DNA of 46,228 bases from a virus (lineage: Duplodnaviria; Caudoviricetes): the IMG/VR virus record IMGVR_UViG_3300043446_003463, positions 1 to 46,228 of that record; one strand, given 5' to 3'. Of this stretch, positions 9,491 to 19,134 are shown one piece after another (position 1 is the stretch's first letter; every line of letters starts with the position of its first letter). The position numbers and the translations under genes are program-made. The notes below the pieces were generated by a model, which saw only the letters and a program-made list of their open reading frames with translations, did not search any database and was not told where the DNA came from.

Positions 9491-12181
9491 CTAAAACAAC
9501 GTCACGGTCGGTCGAATCGACCATCCCGCATGTTTCACAATCGGTTCCAGCGGCGACAACAACGTCTTCTCAAACTGCTCTTGTCGGTCGAGGAACTGTT
9601 CCAACTTCCATTCCGGCGGTAACGTGTTGGGCGCCGCAATTACATTACAGCGTAACGGATTTTGCGGTTTCAAATAGCAGAACCGAATCTTTTCGCCCTC
9701 ACGAATCTTGGGATAGCGCATTGCCAAATGCGTCTCCTCCAAGTGTCTATTATACACCAACGACCCTTTCACTTGAATCGGAGTGCCGCTTGTGAATTGC
9801 CCACTCGGTAGCAACGGGTACTCTTTCATGCCGTTACACGAACGCGGGGACGCAATATCTTCAAACGGTCGCGTCAGATACCCTTGCTCGGCATCATCAA
9901 TGAGCGCATAAAATGACTCTTGGTCGCCCCGAATGAAATACTCCAGTGCCTTCTTAATGACCGTGCGGGCATACTTCGGTGTGGACGACCGCACGGCTTC
10001 GATGCCAACGGTTTTCAGTTTCGGGGGATCATACCGCACGCCTTCGTTGTCGTGAATCCACAACAGGTAGCGTTTCTTGGCCGTCCAGACGCCGTGTTCC
10101 GCAATTGCTTCCCGCTTCATCGCGAGAATGTTCTCCTGCGTATTGAACACCTCACCGATGGTGCGAAACGCCTTGTCAATAATCAACTGGAAATCTTTCT
10201 CGCAGTAGCGGTCGAGATATTCCACCGCATCTGACGTGGACATATTCCCGACCACGTTCGCGAGTTTGACATAGATAGAGTCGGTATCACTCGCCAGCAC
10301 ATAATCCGTGTTTGTGCCAAACTCGCTGTTGAGATATCGATTGACACAATCCGCCACATACCGAATAATCATCTGCCCCGTCATCGTGACCGCTTCGGCC
10401 TGACGCACATCGAAGAAACGGAAGTGCTCATTCCCGAATGCGCCGTAACAGGAGTTCAAATTAATCTTGCGGGTATTCTGTTGGAGCCCCCATTGTACCG
10501 CTTCCTGTAGGAGTTGATGCTTCTCCTCAGGCGTCTTGGCTTTCTCTGCGGCTTTTTTCGCCTTCGTTTCGAGACTCTTAGCCTTCTTCCGTTCTTCGTA
10601 CAGTCGTCCGAGAATCTCTGGGAGGAATCCAATAGCGTCCGTGCGGAAGGCTTGCTTGTTCGGTGTGAGACAGACCGACAAGACGCGCAACCACGGGAAG
10701 GGATCGGGCACATCCGTAATATCCCGAAGCGTCTGTTCGATGTCGGTGCGCTCCAGATACGCAAGGAGTTCGCGCAGCGCCCACGCAACGATCGCAACAT
10801 CATGCGCCGCAACATCAAACAACCATTCTCGCGGCGTACAGTCTCCAATTGACATCTGGGTGCCAATAGGATACGTACTCGCACCGACGAGGCACTCGAT
10901 ATCTTCCAATCGCGATTCTAACCATTCACGAGAGAGATGCCGATCGGGGCTGATGTTCCATTGCCGCATGATGGATGGATACAGGGAGTTCACGTCAAAC
11001 GACACAACCCACTCATGTTTGCCGGTAATCGGGTCTTTCACATACGCACCGGCATACTGTGCGCCCTTGTGCGTAGACCGCTTCATCGGAATCGCAATCT
11101 GTCGGTCATAGAGCGAATAGTACATCATCGCATCCCACAGACGCACTTGCTTAAACGTGTCCTGAAAGTTTACTCGCGCACCATAGGCAATTTGTGTACA
11201 CAAATCTAGATGATGGAGTTTGTTATTCAGTTCGCGCACCAACTGTACGTCGGTGATATTGTAGTCAATAAACTTTTGATAGTTCTCATCCGCAAGACGT
11301 TGTAGCGACCCATACTCGTCGTAGGCAACCTTTTTCTTGCCCAGTTCCACTTCCGCAATCGCATCGAGTCGATACGATTCTTGCTGTGTGAGGGAGAATT
11401 TACGATAGAGTTCGAGATAATCGAGAATGGGTACTCCGACAATATCGGGCAACTTCTGGTCGCGCCCCATCACATGTGCGATGCGATGACTAATCTTACG
11501 CCACGGAGATAACGCTTTCGATGTAATCTTAATCTGCTTATCGTCCGCCAACAAATCAATTCGATTGAGAATGTACGGAATGTCGTATGTGTGCGTGTTC
11601 CATCCCGTGATAATGTCGGGATAATCCGAAGTCCACCACCGCACGAATTCCGTGAGTAAATGCACCTCATCCCGACACTGTACGTATGTCACATCTTCTC
11701 GCACATTCTCATAGACACCGCACCCCCACACGTAGTGATGCCCCCATACTTCGGCTGTAATAGCGACAATGGGCTGAGTCGGATTTTCGGGTGGGGCGAA
11801 GCCACCTTCAGAGGCGACCTCGATATCGAGAAAGACCGTACGAATCGAGTCGAAGGATAGACCACAATCCACCGACACCTCTTCCGCAAAGAACTGCTGC
11901 GCCGGCGCAATCACACCATACGCAATTCGACCTTCATTCTCCACGGTATTGATAAATTGATGATACTGCGCGATCCCCGCATGACGCCGCTCTTTTAGCG
12001 CCCGTCCGTCCAATGTACGCCAATTATCCGTGGCATCGTTCGGTGCGCACGGATAAAAGGTATGCGGTTGATACGGCACCTTGAAATATGAGGCTTGCCG
12101 TGTGAGTGGATCGCGCAGTCTTACGCCGAGGTCGTCACGTAATGTTACAACACTCGTATAGTGGTCATAAGGACGAGTCAT
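9491..12181 (-). CDS. gp43: Family B DNA polymerase (T4 gp43)
   Basis: Exonuclease DIEV, GWN..YDIPY, YNITDV; polymerase SFDVNSLYPS, KINLNSCYG, SDTDS, KKRY. Confidence 0.97.
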   Translation of the reverse strand: MTRPYDHYTSVVTLRDDLGVRLRDPLTRQASYFKVPYQPHTFYPCAPNDATDNWRTLDGRALKERRHAGIAQYHQFINTVENEGRIAYGVIAPAQQFFAEEVSVDCGLSFDSIRTVFLDIEVASEGGFAPPENPTQPIVAITAEVWGHHYVWGCGVYENVREDVTYVQCRDEVHLLTEFVRWWTSDYPDIITGWNTHTYDIPYILNRIDLLADDKQIKITSKALSPWRKISHRIAHVMGRDQKLPDIVGVPILDYLELYRKFSLTQQESYRLDAIAEVELGKKKVAYDEYGSLQRLADENYQKFIDYNITDVQLVRELNNKLHHLDLCTQIAYGARVNFQDTFKQVRLWDAMMYYSLYDRQIAIPMKRSTHKGAQYAGAYVKDPITGKHEWVVSFDVNSLYPSIMRQWNISPDRHLSREWLESRLEDIECLVGASTYPIGTQMSIGDCTPREWLFDVAAHDVAIVAWALRELLAYLERTDIEQTLRDITDVPDPFPWLRVLSVCLTPNKQAFRTDAIGFLPEILGRLYEERKKAKSLETKAKKAAEKAKTPEEKHQLLQEAVQWGLQQNTRKINLNSCYGAFGNEHFRFFDVRQAEAVTMTGQMIIRYVADCVNRYLNSEFGTNTDYVLASDTDSIYVKLANVVGNMSTSDAVEYLDRYCEKDFQLIIDKAFRTIGEVFNTQENILAMKREAIAEHGVWTAKKRYLLWIHDNEGVRYDPPKLKTVGIEAVRSSTPKYARTVIKKALEYFIRGDQESFYALIDDAEQGYLTRPFEDIASPRSCNGMKEYPLLPSGQFTSGTPIQVKGSLVYNRHLEETHLAMRYPKIREGEKIRFCYLKPQNPLRCNVIAAPNTLPPEWKLEQFLDRQEQFEKTLLSPLEPIVKHAGWSIRPTVTLF

Positions 12182-12212
12182 AAGTCCTAGTATACTCCAT
12201 TATCGTGACGCA

Positions 12213-12254
12213 CACCAGTGCGATCACCAGTGCGATCACCAGTGCGATCACCAG
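12213..12254. repeat. Perfect 12-bp tandem repeat (CACCAGTGCGAT)x3.5
   Basis: Direct reading; intergenic, just upstream of the gp43 -10 element (12189-12194). Confidence 0.9.
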
Positions 12255-12257
12255 AGA

Positions 12258-12575
12258 CTAGGCTTCGGTTAGTGTAATTTTGGAAGATGGTCCCTGTGGT
12301 AAGGCAATCCCCGAGAGTGCGGCAAGATACTGCGTTTCGAGATCAGACTCAGGAGTCATGATACAGAGAATATGATCCCGATTGAGCGTGATGGGTTCGC
12401 GATTACTTCCCGCCCACGTAAAGGGCATCATACCGAGGGCCATTGACGCTTCTCCGCTGCGCATCGGTTGGATAGCCAGAGGGGACTGTACCGTAATGGT
12501 TGTTTTGCCTTCATCTACAATTTTGGCAATAATTTCACGGTCGCTTAGAAACTTCACAATCTTCACATGACTCAT
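12258..12575 (-). CDS. Conserved T4-like hypothetical protein (Sm-like fold suspected)
   Basis: VKIVKFLSDREIIA...MMPF...YLAALSGIALP pattern of the small gene often found next to gp43; AGGAG SD. Confidence 0.65.
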   Translation of the reverse strand: MSHVKIVKFLSDREIIAKIVDEGKTTITVQSPLAIQPMRSGEASMALGMMPFTWAGSNREPITLNRDHILCIMTPESDLETQYLAALSGIALPQGPSSKITLTEA

Positions 12576-12587
12576 ACAATACTCCTA

Positions 12588-13064
12588 TTAGAATTGCGTT
12601 TTAATCTGACCCGTTGAAAAGAGATAGTATTCGGACTTCCGCCGGCGGGTTAATCCCTTCGACTCTACTAATACCCCATGGCTATCTCGGACTTTATTCC
12701 ATGCGGTAAAGTTCTGTTCAGTAATTGATGCGATTGTGCCGGCCTTAATCTTCCGATAAATGGACGACGATAAAAATCCACCCGCTCCGATATTATACGA
12801 GAGACACACACAGGCGTCAAATTGGTGCTGGAGAATCGGGGTGGGAAGATTGCTGTTAATCGCCTGCTCGAATGTCTGAAGATCTTCTCGCAAATAATTT
12901 TCCGCCTCTTGGTGCGTACACGTCATGCCCTTTACGACTGGTTTTCCGTTAATGCGCGTCGTGCCGAATCCGATCGTCCAGACTCCAACAACATCCGGAT
13001 ACGCAATCAGTTTGCAGCCTTCAAATTCTTTAATGAGCGCAATTCCAGTTGGGCTTGTACGCAT
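12588..13064 (-). CDS. Lysozyme/endolysin, GH24
   Basis: LIKEFEGCKLIAYPDVVGVWTIGFGTT (E-D-T triad), QFDA..LSYNIG, GLTRRRKSE; real start MRTSPTG at 13064. Confidence 0.92.
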   Translation of the reverse strand: MRTSPTGIALIKEFEGCKLIAYPDVVGVWTIGFGTTRINGKPVVKGMTCTHQEAENYLREDLQTFEQAINSNLPTPILQHQFDACVCLSYNIGAGGFLSSSIYRKIKAGTIASITEQNFTAWNKVRDSHGVLVESKGLTRRRKSEYYLFSTGQIKTQF

Positions 13065-13065
13065 C

Positions 13066-13323
13066 TTATTTCCATTCCTTTGTTTTGACGTAAAACTTGT
13101 CATGCACGCCCTGCCAATATCGCGCAAAATGGTCATAAGACGATTCCCATCGCTTATCCATCGGGAGCCCCTGTGTGTCTGTTGGCCCTTTGACTGACGC
13201 ACGATAGACATCATTGCCAATTTTCCAAAACCCGCGGCCGTCGCCTTGGGTCGGGTGTTTCGGCACCGCAATCAATACTGCCTTGGCATTGGCTTCGTGG
13301 AGATACTCTTGAAATGTCCGCAT
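13066..13323 (-). CDS. Hypothetical protein with capsid-targeting-like N-terminus
   Basis: MRTFQEYLHEA; CTAAATA 5 nt upstream of the ATG. Confidence 0.7.
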   Translation of the reverse strand: MRTFQEYLHEANAKAVLIAVPKHPTQGDGRGFWKIGNDVYRASVKGPTDTQGLPMDKRWESSYDHFARYWQGVHDKFYVKTKEWK

Positions 13324-13331
13324 ACAGGTAT

Positions 13332-13730
13332 TTAGGGTTTAACGATGCCAAGTTTTTTCAACCGTTCGTCCCGCAGCACCCAAAACGATTTCTTGTAGGT
13401 GTCCGCGACGGCTTTATTGAGTTGGTCAAATCCGAGTGGTGTGTTGATGTTGAACGTCCACCGATGCTTCTTCATGAGTTCTTCCGCATAGGCATCAGTA
13501 ATGGCACGGACTTCATCCTGATATTGTTGTCGGCGTTCACGTTTGCGTTCGGCGGTTTCTTGTCGTTTCTTCTCGGCTGCCAAATCAATCATCTGATAGC
13601 CAGTGCCATGGCACCCGTAGCACATGGTGCCATGAATTAGATTGTAAGAAAAATGCCCACTTCCACCGCACCGACGACACGGCACTTTGGTTTTGACACC
13701 CTCACGAAGAAATGCCGTAAAAGAGTGCAT
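13332..13730 (-). CDS. DnaJ-type zinc-finger protein with capsid-targeting-like N-terminus
   Basis: MHSFTAFLREG; CRRCGGSG and CYGCHGTG (CxxCxGxG x2). Confidence 0.7.
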   Translation of the reverse strand: MHSFTAFLREGVKTKVPCRRCGGSGHFSYNLIHGTMCYGCHGTGYQMIDLAAEKKRQETAERKRERRQQYQDEVRAITDAYAEELMKKHRWTFNINTPLGFDQLNKAVADTYKKSFWVLRDERLKKLGIVKP

Positions 13731-13733
13731 ATG

Positions 13734-14195
13734 CTACTTTCGTGTTTTGCCAATTTCATATTTGGCAGATAAGTTCCAGTTCTGCTTATCCTTGAACGGA
13801 ATAATCTTAATCGTGTCAATCGGTGCTGCTGGCGGGGTCTGTACGCGCTCAGGATGCACGATCTCGATGAGCCCCCACTGCTGGAGTAGGAACGCAATCG
13901 CATTGCGTCTAGCCAAATCCTCTTCGGTCACAATGGTGCGCGATGCTTTGCCGTCAAGCAAAAACATTTCCTTAAAATGAACAAGGTAATACTTCTGCCG
14001 TTTATATAAAATATGGCATGATTGCCATAATGTTTTGCCAGGCGCATTCGGATCTTTACTGTACGCCGGCGCACCAATACGAGTCAAGGTTTCCTTCACC
14101 TTGAGGAAGTTGTCCGCCGGCGCTTTTGTGCCACGGTCATCCACTAGGGGGAACCGAATCTCGATAAATGATGCCTCATAGTCGTATAGAGACAT
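13734..14195 (-). CDS. regA: Translational repressor RegA
   Basis: DNFLKVKETLTRIG, LWQSCHIL, YYLVHFKEMFLLDGK, RRNAIAFLL..WGL; T4 synteny 45-44-62-regA. Confidence 0.95.
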   Translation of the reverse strand: MSLYDYEASFIEIRFPLVDDRGTKAPADNFLKVKETLTRIGAPAYSKDPNAPGKTLWQSCHILYKRQKYYLVHFKEMFLLDGKASRTIVTEEDLARRNAIAFLLQQWGLIEIVHPERVQTPPAAPIDTIKIIPFKDKQNWNLSAKYEIGKTRK

Positions 14196-14217
14196 GTCGT
14201 TTTCTCCACTCTACAAA

Positions 14218-14670
14218 TTAGCGAAACCGTGATGGTCGTGCCCCCTCTTCGAGCACACGTCGCATCGAATTTACTTGCTCTTTTGTATGTAGGCGGAGAT
14301 GAAGTTTGGCTTCTCGCAGACTCATTCCATAATAGTGCGAAATTACCTTAGCATCAGGGTCATCGAGTAACTTTGGCCACTTCTCAAAACGCCGGCGCGG
14401 GCGCAGCGCATGAACATAATATAACGCATGAACATCCTTATCGAGATACGGACGTTCATTCATCTGCGCAGCCGCCATGACGGTATCTTCGGACAATGAA
14501 AATGCCCGATTAATCATGAACGGCTCGTATGGAAGATTCTCCTCGACCAAATCTTGATAGATGAGGGGTCTGGTCGAAGAGAGCGCATTAATCGTATCGA
14601 AGATGGTCGGCTTCTTCGATTCGTTATTTGGGCGGTGTGTAGACGCGATGGGAGGTTTTCTTCCAGCCAT
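14218..14670 (-). CDS. gp62: Clamp loader small subunit (gp62)
   Basis: YEPFMINRAFS...MN...RRRFEKW...YYGMSLREA; synteny. Confidence 0.88.
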   Translation of the reverse strand: MAGRKPPIASTHRPNNESKKPTIFDTINALSSTRPLIYQDLVEENLPYEPFMINRAFSLSEDTVMAAAQMNERPYLDKDVHALYYVHALRPRRRFEKWPKLLDDPDAKVISHYYGMSLREAKLHLRLHTKEQVNSMRRVLEEGARPSRFR

Positions 14671-14676
14671 AGTGTC

Positions 14677-15618
14677 TCACTTATACTGCCCGTTATGCAT
14701 CAGTTCCAAGCAATACGCCGCAAGATGCACCTGTGGGTCTACGGCGTTGAGATGCCGATACTGATAATCTGCGGTGAGCACAATCAACGTCGCGAGACAA
14801 TTGGGTTCCGCGTGATCGTGCAGCCAGTCAAAGACCGCACGATAAAACTTTGGCGGGTCAATATCGGAGTACTGCCCAATCCACGTTCGCGCATCTTTGT
14901 AGTTTTTCGCCGTGATGGCTTTCCACAGTGCCTCAAACTGCACATCCGCGTGTTGGCCCAAGACGGCGGGGGTCAGCACTCCGTCAATACACGCCCGCTG
15001 CGTCTCGTTAATCATCCGTCGCAGGTCAGGCCACCACCGCTTGATAACCTGAATCAGCAAATCCTCACTCGCAGTTACCTGTTCTTGCGTGAGAATTGAC
15101 TGAAGCCGCTGAAGAGTCTGCACCATCAACGCTTTCTTTTCGGTCGTGGGAATCGCAAACGAGACGCCAGTACACCGAGAATGTAACGCGGGGATAATGC
15201 GATTGCTGTAGTTACAAGTCAGAATAAAGCCGCAGTTAATCGCGAACTCTTCCATCAACGCACGAAGCGCCGGCTGGGTGGAGTTCGGATTGAGATAGTC
15301 GGCTTCATCAAGGACGATATACCGTCGCTTCCCGTCAAACGACAGCGCCGCGGCGAAGTCCTTAATCTTGGTGCGCAGGGTATCAATGCCACCCTCTTCG
15401 GACCCGTTAATAAACATCGGGGTTGTGCCCAACTCTCGACACATCGCCATCGCCAGTGTGGTTTTCCCCATGCCTGGCCCACCCGCGAGAATCATATTCG
15501 GAAGGTCGCCTTGGGCGACAAAACTCTTCGCGGTGTTCTTGATATCCGCAGGAAGAATACAATCATCTATCGTACGGGGTCGATATTTTTCAACCCACAA
15601 AAACTGCTCAGTAGCCAT
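14677..15618 (-). CDS. gp44: Clamp loader AAA+ subunit (gp44)
   Basis: LWVEKYRP, GGPGMGKTT, LDEADYL, ALHSRC. Confidence 0.96.
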   Translation of the reverse strand: MATEQFLWVEKYRPRTIDDCILPADIKNTAKSFVAQGDLPNMILAGGPGMGKTTLAMAMCRELGTTPMFINGSEEGGIDTLRTKIKDFAAALSFDGKRRYIVLDEADYLNPNSTQPALRALMEEFAINCGFILTCNYSNRIIPALHSRCTGVSFAIPTTEKKALMVQTLQRLQSILTQEQVTASEDLLIQVIKRWWPDLRRMINETQRACIDGVLTPAVLGQHADVQFEALWKAITAKNYKDARTWIGQYSDIDPPKFYRAVFDWLHDHAEPNCLATLIVLTADYQYRHLNAVDPQVHLAAYCLELMHNGQYK

Positions 15619-15633
15619 AGGTCACCTGTTCAT

Positions 15634-15681
15634 AATAAAAAAGAAAAAAAGCGGGGTGTGTTGGCAGAAACACCCCTCGCG
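15634..15681 (-). terminator. Rho-independent terminator after gp45
   Basis: Minus strand GCGAGGGGTGT-loop-ACACACCCCGC followed by TTTTTTTCTTTTTT. Confidence 0.75.
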
Positions 15682-15779
15682 GGTTTATGTCCAACTCAGT
15701 GATCGAGTTCCACAGCCCGTCAGCCTCCCTCGTCACTAACGTCCCGCTTTCAGGTGGCGTCCCACCCGCAAGGGCGATC

Positions 15780-16517
15780 TTACGAACGCGACTTGACGAC
15801 GTGACCCGACGTGAGATAGGTGACCTTCTTGTTCGGATCGTTGAGACGGAAGAACATGCCAAAGAGCGTGGAGCTGTTCGTGTTGTTGCCGATTTCACCG
15901 ACTTCCACTGTGTAGTTACCCGGCAGGAGTTCGAGCGCATCAAACTTGACCGCCCACGTATTCTCGGTGGCCTCGCTCACGACGGTGTTCGGCATGTTGT
16001 AGGAGGCGGATCCCATCGCATCACCACCCTTGTCCTTCTCGTTCACCAGTTTCAGCACCAGTTCGCCCTGTGCGTTCACAATGATATGCAACGAAGTCGT
16101 CTGCAACACCGCCGCGGTGCGCTTGATGCGCGTCCAGAGTTCCTGTGGAAGATCGAACGACGCAATCGGCTTCTTGAGATGGAACTGCACGGCCGGCGGT
16201 GCCGCCACCACATCGGCGTGCGCATACGGAATCGTCACACTACCGTGGTCATGTTTCACGACCAACGCGGACGACCCAAAGTTAATCGTCGGGAGTTTAT
16301 CGGTCTTGCAGGTGTCGATGATGCCGAGGAGGCGATTCAGTTCATACAACGCGCATTCCTGTGGGAGTGCGTCGGGCAATTCTACGTCTGCGATAAAGTT
16401 GCGCGTGTCATTACAGGCGCGCTGAAGATTACCTTCCTTGAAAACTACCTGATTGTTAATACTAGCAAAGTTCTTCAAAATTTCAACGGTCGTGTCATTC
16501 AATACATACGAAGCCAT
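15780..16517 (-). CDS. gp45: Sliding clamp (gp45)
   Basis: TVEILKNFASIN..., ALYELNRLL, LLPGNYTV; synteny; GAGGA SD supports start MASYVL. Confidence 0.88.
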   Translation of the reverse strand: MASYVLNDTTVEILKNFASINNQVVFKEGNLQRACNDTRNFIADVELPDALPQECALYELNRLLGIIDTCKTDKLPTINFGSSALVVKHDHGSVTIPYAHADVVAAPPAVQFHLKKPIASFDLPQELWTRIKRTAAVLQTTSLHIIVNAQGELVLKLVNEKDKGGDAMGSASYNMPNTVVSEATENTWAVKFDALELLPGNYTVEVGEIGNNTNSSTLFGMFFRLNDPNKKVTYLTSGHVVKSRS

Positions 16518-16528
16518 AATTATCCTCA

Positions 16529-17209
16529 TTAAGAAACGTGCATGACCTCATGCACGGGAGTACTGTTCTGTGAACGATTATACCACCACTCATCAACGGC
16601 TGCATACAAATCATCATAACTGCCATGATTTAGAATCTCCGTATCGTTGGCTACGGTGGTGTCGCGGAGCCAATCCCATTCAGACGGGTGCAATCCATTC
16701 GTCGGCTCGATGCCGCGAATAGAAAACCCGCCACGCGCTGTTGACCATAACTGTTGGTGAAGTTGTGTAGGGAAGTCTTCGCGTCGGAGCAACACAAATG
16801 TGGCACCTTCTTTGCGAAGAGCCTCGCGTTCGTTGACGAATCGCACGTCATCAATCACAACGTTCGCATTGGAGCCAAGACTACGAATTTTTGCAACCAC
16901 TAAATCTGCCCAAATTGTTGGGAGTACATGATTCCGAAAGACATCTGTGCCGATATACTGAAGCGCATACCGAGGTGTGAAAGGTTTGCCCATACGCTCT
17001 GACCAGAACGCATCAGGAGTTTCTCGCCACGTTCGATCTTGTGGCGTTGCACCTTCTAATCGTTGTCGATCCCATGCAAATGCGGCGGCAGTAATGTCTT
17101 TCACCGCCGCGGCAAAACTGAGTCGCACAAAGCCATGCTGGCGAACGAGATATTCAGCGACCGTGGATTTACCAGCACCGGCAAATCCACTCAATCCGAT
17201 TACGCACAT
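16529..17209 (-). CDS. Deoxynucleoside monophosphate kinase (T4 gp1-like)
   Basis: IGLSGFAGAGKST, SFAAAVKD, TPRYALQYIGTD, DDVRFVNE, HPSE. Confidence 0.92.
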   Translation of the reverse strand: MCVIGLSGFAGAGKSTVAEYLVRQHGFVRLSFAAAVKDITAAAFAWDRQRLEGATPQDRTWRETPDAFWSERMGKPFTPRYALQYIGTDVFRNHVLPTIWADLVVAKIRSLGSNANVVIDDVRFVNEREALRKEGATFVLLRREDFPTQLHQQLWSTARGGFSIRGIEPTNGLHPSEWDWLRDTTVANDTEILNHGSYDDLYAAVDEWWYNRSQNSTPVHEVMHVS

Positions 17210-17303
17210 AATACTACACCTTATCCTTCATACTGACCATAATAATAAACGTAACGTCCCACGAATGAGACGTTACGGTCATTACGGTTTCATATGTGAA
17301 TCG

Positions 17304-18374
17304 TTACGCGGGTTTGTTGGGATTGATGTAATCTTCAATCGGCGCGTCACCGACATTCTTTACCCATTCCTCGCGGTTTGCTTTATAGTATGCAGCGAGT
17401 TCATCAGCAGGAATGTTTAGTTGTGCGGACCACTGTGTGAGCAATTCCTTGCGTTTGCTGGCCGACAGATTATAGAAGTTCTTCACCGTCAAGACACCAT
17501 GCGGCGCCGCACTCGGGGCCTTTCCTTGCGTTCCATCCATCTTCACGACGGACGGCACTGGGTCATTCCGCTGAATGCGTTCGTTGGAGACCGCGGCCAT
17601 GGCGGGAATGCTGCCGCTATAAATGTAGGTGCCGTGATGCTTGATGATCATCCACGGGGCGAACCACACACCCATACCCGCCTCACGCGACTTCTGACAG
17701 AACCAGTAATCTTCGCTGAGATACCGATTGTGATGCGGTTCAATCTCGGCCTGGAAATACTGATAAATCTTTCGCGAGCCATCAAACTGTGCGGCGCGAT
17801 TGTGATCGGGATTATACCAATACTGCGGATACTTTTCCGCGAACTTGGTAAAGACGCTACGTTCCACCATCATGAAGCCCGTGCCAATTTCCAACACTTC
17901 GACGGGTTCATTCAACTGAATCTCCGTTGTGCCAGGCACCGCATTAAACACGAAGTCGCCGGCAAAGTCGGCTAACTTGCCACGGTCATCATTCGGAACA
18001 AGTCCATACTTCACGGCGTCGTAAATGTTTTCCCATGCGAGGCACTTCTTCGGATAGGGGCCACCGGCGACAGGCTTATCCAACGCCAACAGTGCAATGA
18101 CATCCATCGGATTGAAGTCAATATCAGAGTCAATGAACATGAGATGCGTATGTTCGCTCCGCATAAATTCATCAACGAGATAATTTCGGGCGCGAGTAAT
18201 CAGAGATTCGTTGAAGATAAAGGAGAATTGCACCTGAATGCCATACGCCTGGCAAACTCGCGAAAGGTCGAGTAGACTTTTGGTATATGAGCCAAAACAT
18301 TGACCACCGTACATAGGGGTAGCCACGAACAACGATTTTTTCTGAAGGTCAGCGACGGGCACCTGTAAATTCAT
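17304..18374 (-). CDS. GT-A fold glycosyltransferase-like protein
   Basis: VATPMYGG, ESLITRARN, HLMFIDSDIDF (DxD), GTGFMM, LSEDYWFC. Confidence 0.7.
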   Translation of the reverse strand: MNLQVPVADLQKKSLFVATPMYGGQCFGSYTKSLLDLSRVCQAYGIQVQFSFIFNESLITRARNYLVDEFMRSEHTHLMFIDSDIDFNPMDVIALLALDKPVAGGPYPKKCLAWENIYDAVKYGLVPNDDRGKLADFAGDFVFNAVPGTTEIQLNEPVEVLEIGTGFMMVERSVFTKFAEKYPQYWYNPDHNRAAQFDGSRKIYQYFQAEIEPHHNRYLSEDYWFCQKSREAGMGVWFAPWMIIKHHGTYIYSGSIPAMAAVSNERIQRNDPVPSVVKMDGTQGKAPSAAPHGVLTVKNFYNLSASKRKELLTQWSAQLNIPADELAAYYKANREEWVKNVGDAPIEDYINPNKPA

Positions 18375-18440
18375 ATTTACTCCACGGGAAAATAATAAAC
18401 GAACTATTAGTATATAGTAACAAACTGGAATTGCACCCTA

Positions 18441-19115
18441 TTATTTTGCAGGCACTTCTAATACCAGCAGATTATCGATTAATCCATGCGTGGTATACAC
18501 ACCCTCCACTGCCCATCGATACCACCATACACGGTTTGCGGCATCGTGAAGAAGAACAATGGCGCCGGCCGGCAACTTTAATCGAAGAGTTGCAAGTACC
18601 GCCCCTCGTGCCACACCGTCCACTAACACACAATGAACCTTAGACCAGTCAATATTGGTGTCCGTCGCATGAATATATCCTTCTAATCCATGTGCAAGTT
18701 CTTCACTCGGCGATCCATAGACACGGAAATCTTTTTCCAAAATCTTATGTACCTCATCGCCAATTTTATACGCTAGAGTTTTTCCCTCGGCCGCCGGCTT
18801 CCAATACAGAGAGACATCGCCTGAGGTGGGGATATCACTTAAGACATGGCGAATGCGCAAAAACCAATCTTTGTCGTGCTCAATACTGTGAAGATGTTGA
18901 CCCGGCCGCATCTGCGTTGCAAATAGACAGGTCGAACCACCACACCCATATTCTACAAACACCGCATTATCGGGAGCGTCGGCGATAATCTGTTGTAATG
19001 TGCGTTGCTCGTCGTCGCTCATGAGAATGACGACATCATGCACAATGCTATGATTGATTTTGGCGCGAGGTGCGCCGATAATTTTGTATTGCGGGGTCGT
19101 CATGGGCTCACTCAT
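18441..19115 (-). CDS. Class I SAM-dependent methyltransferase-like protein
   Basis: FVEYGCGGST, SIEHDKDW, VLVDGVAR, LLHDA. Confidence 0.75.
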   Translation of the reverse strand: MSEPMTTPQYKIIGAPRAKINHSIVHDVVILMSDDEQRTLQQIIADAPDNAVFVEYGCGGSTCLFATQMRPGQHLHSIEHDKDWFLRIRHVLSDIPTSGDVSLYWKPAAEGKTLAYKIGDEVHKILEKDFRVYGSPSEELAHGLEGYIHATDTNIDWSKVHCVLVDGVARGAVLATLRLKLPAGAIVLLHDAANRVWWYRWAVEGVYTTHGLIDNLLVLEVPAK

Positions 19116-19134
19116 ACTAATAGTATATCACAGA

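Noticed and set aside
13065-13271. N-terminal extension of lysozyme in the ORF track (227 aa)
   Set aside because: Overlaps the 13066-13323 gene; the GH24 domain starts at 13064.
15687-16532. 281-aa plus-strand ORF
   Set aside because: Antisense to gp45; a codon-bias shadow.
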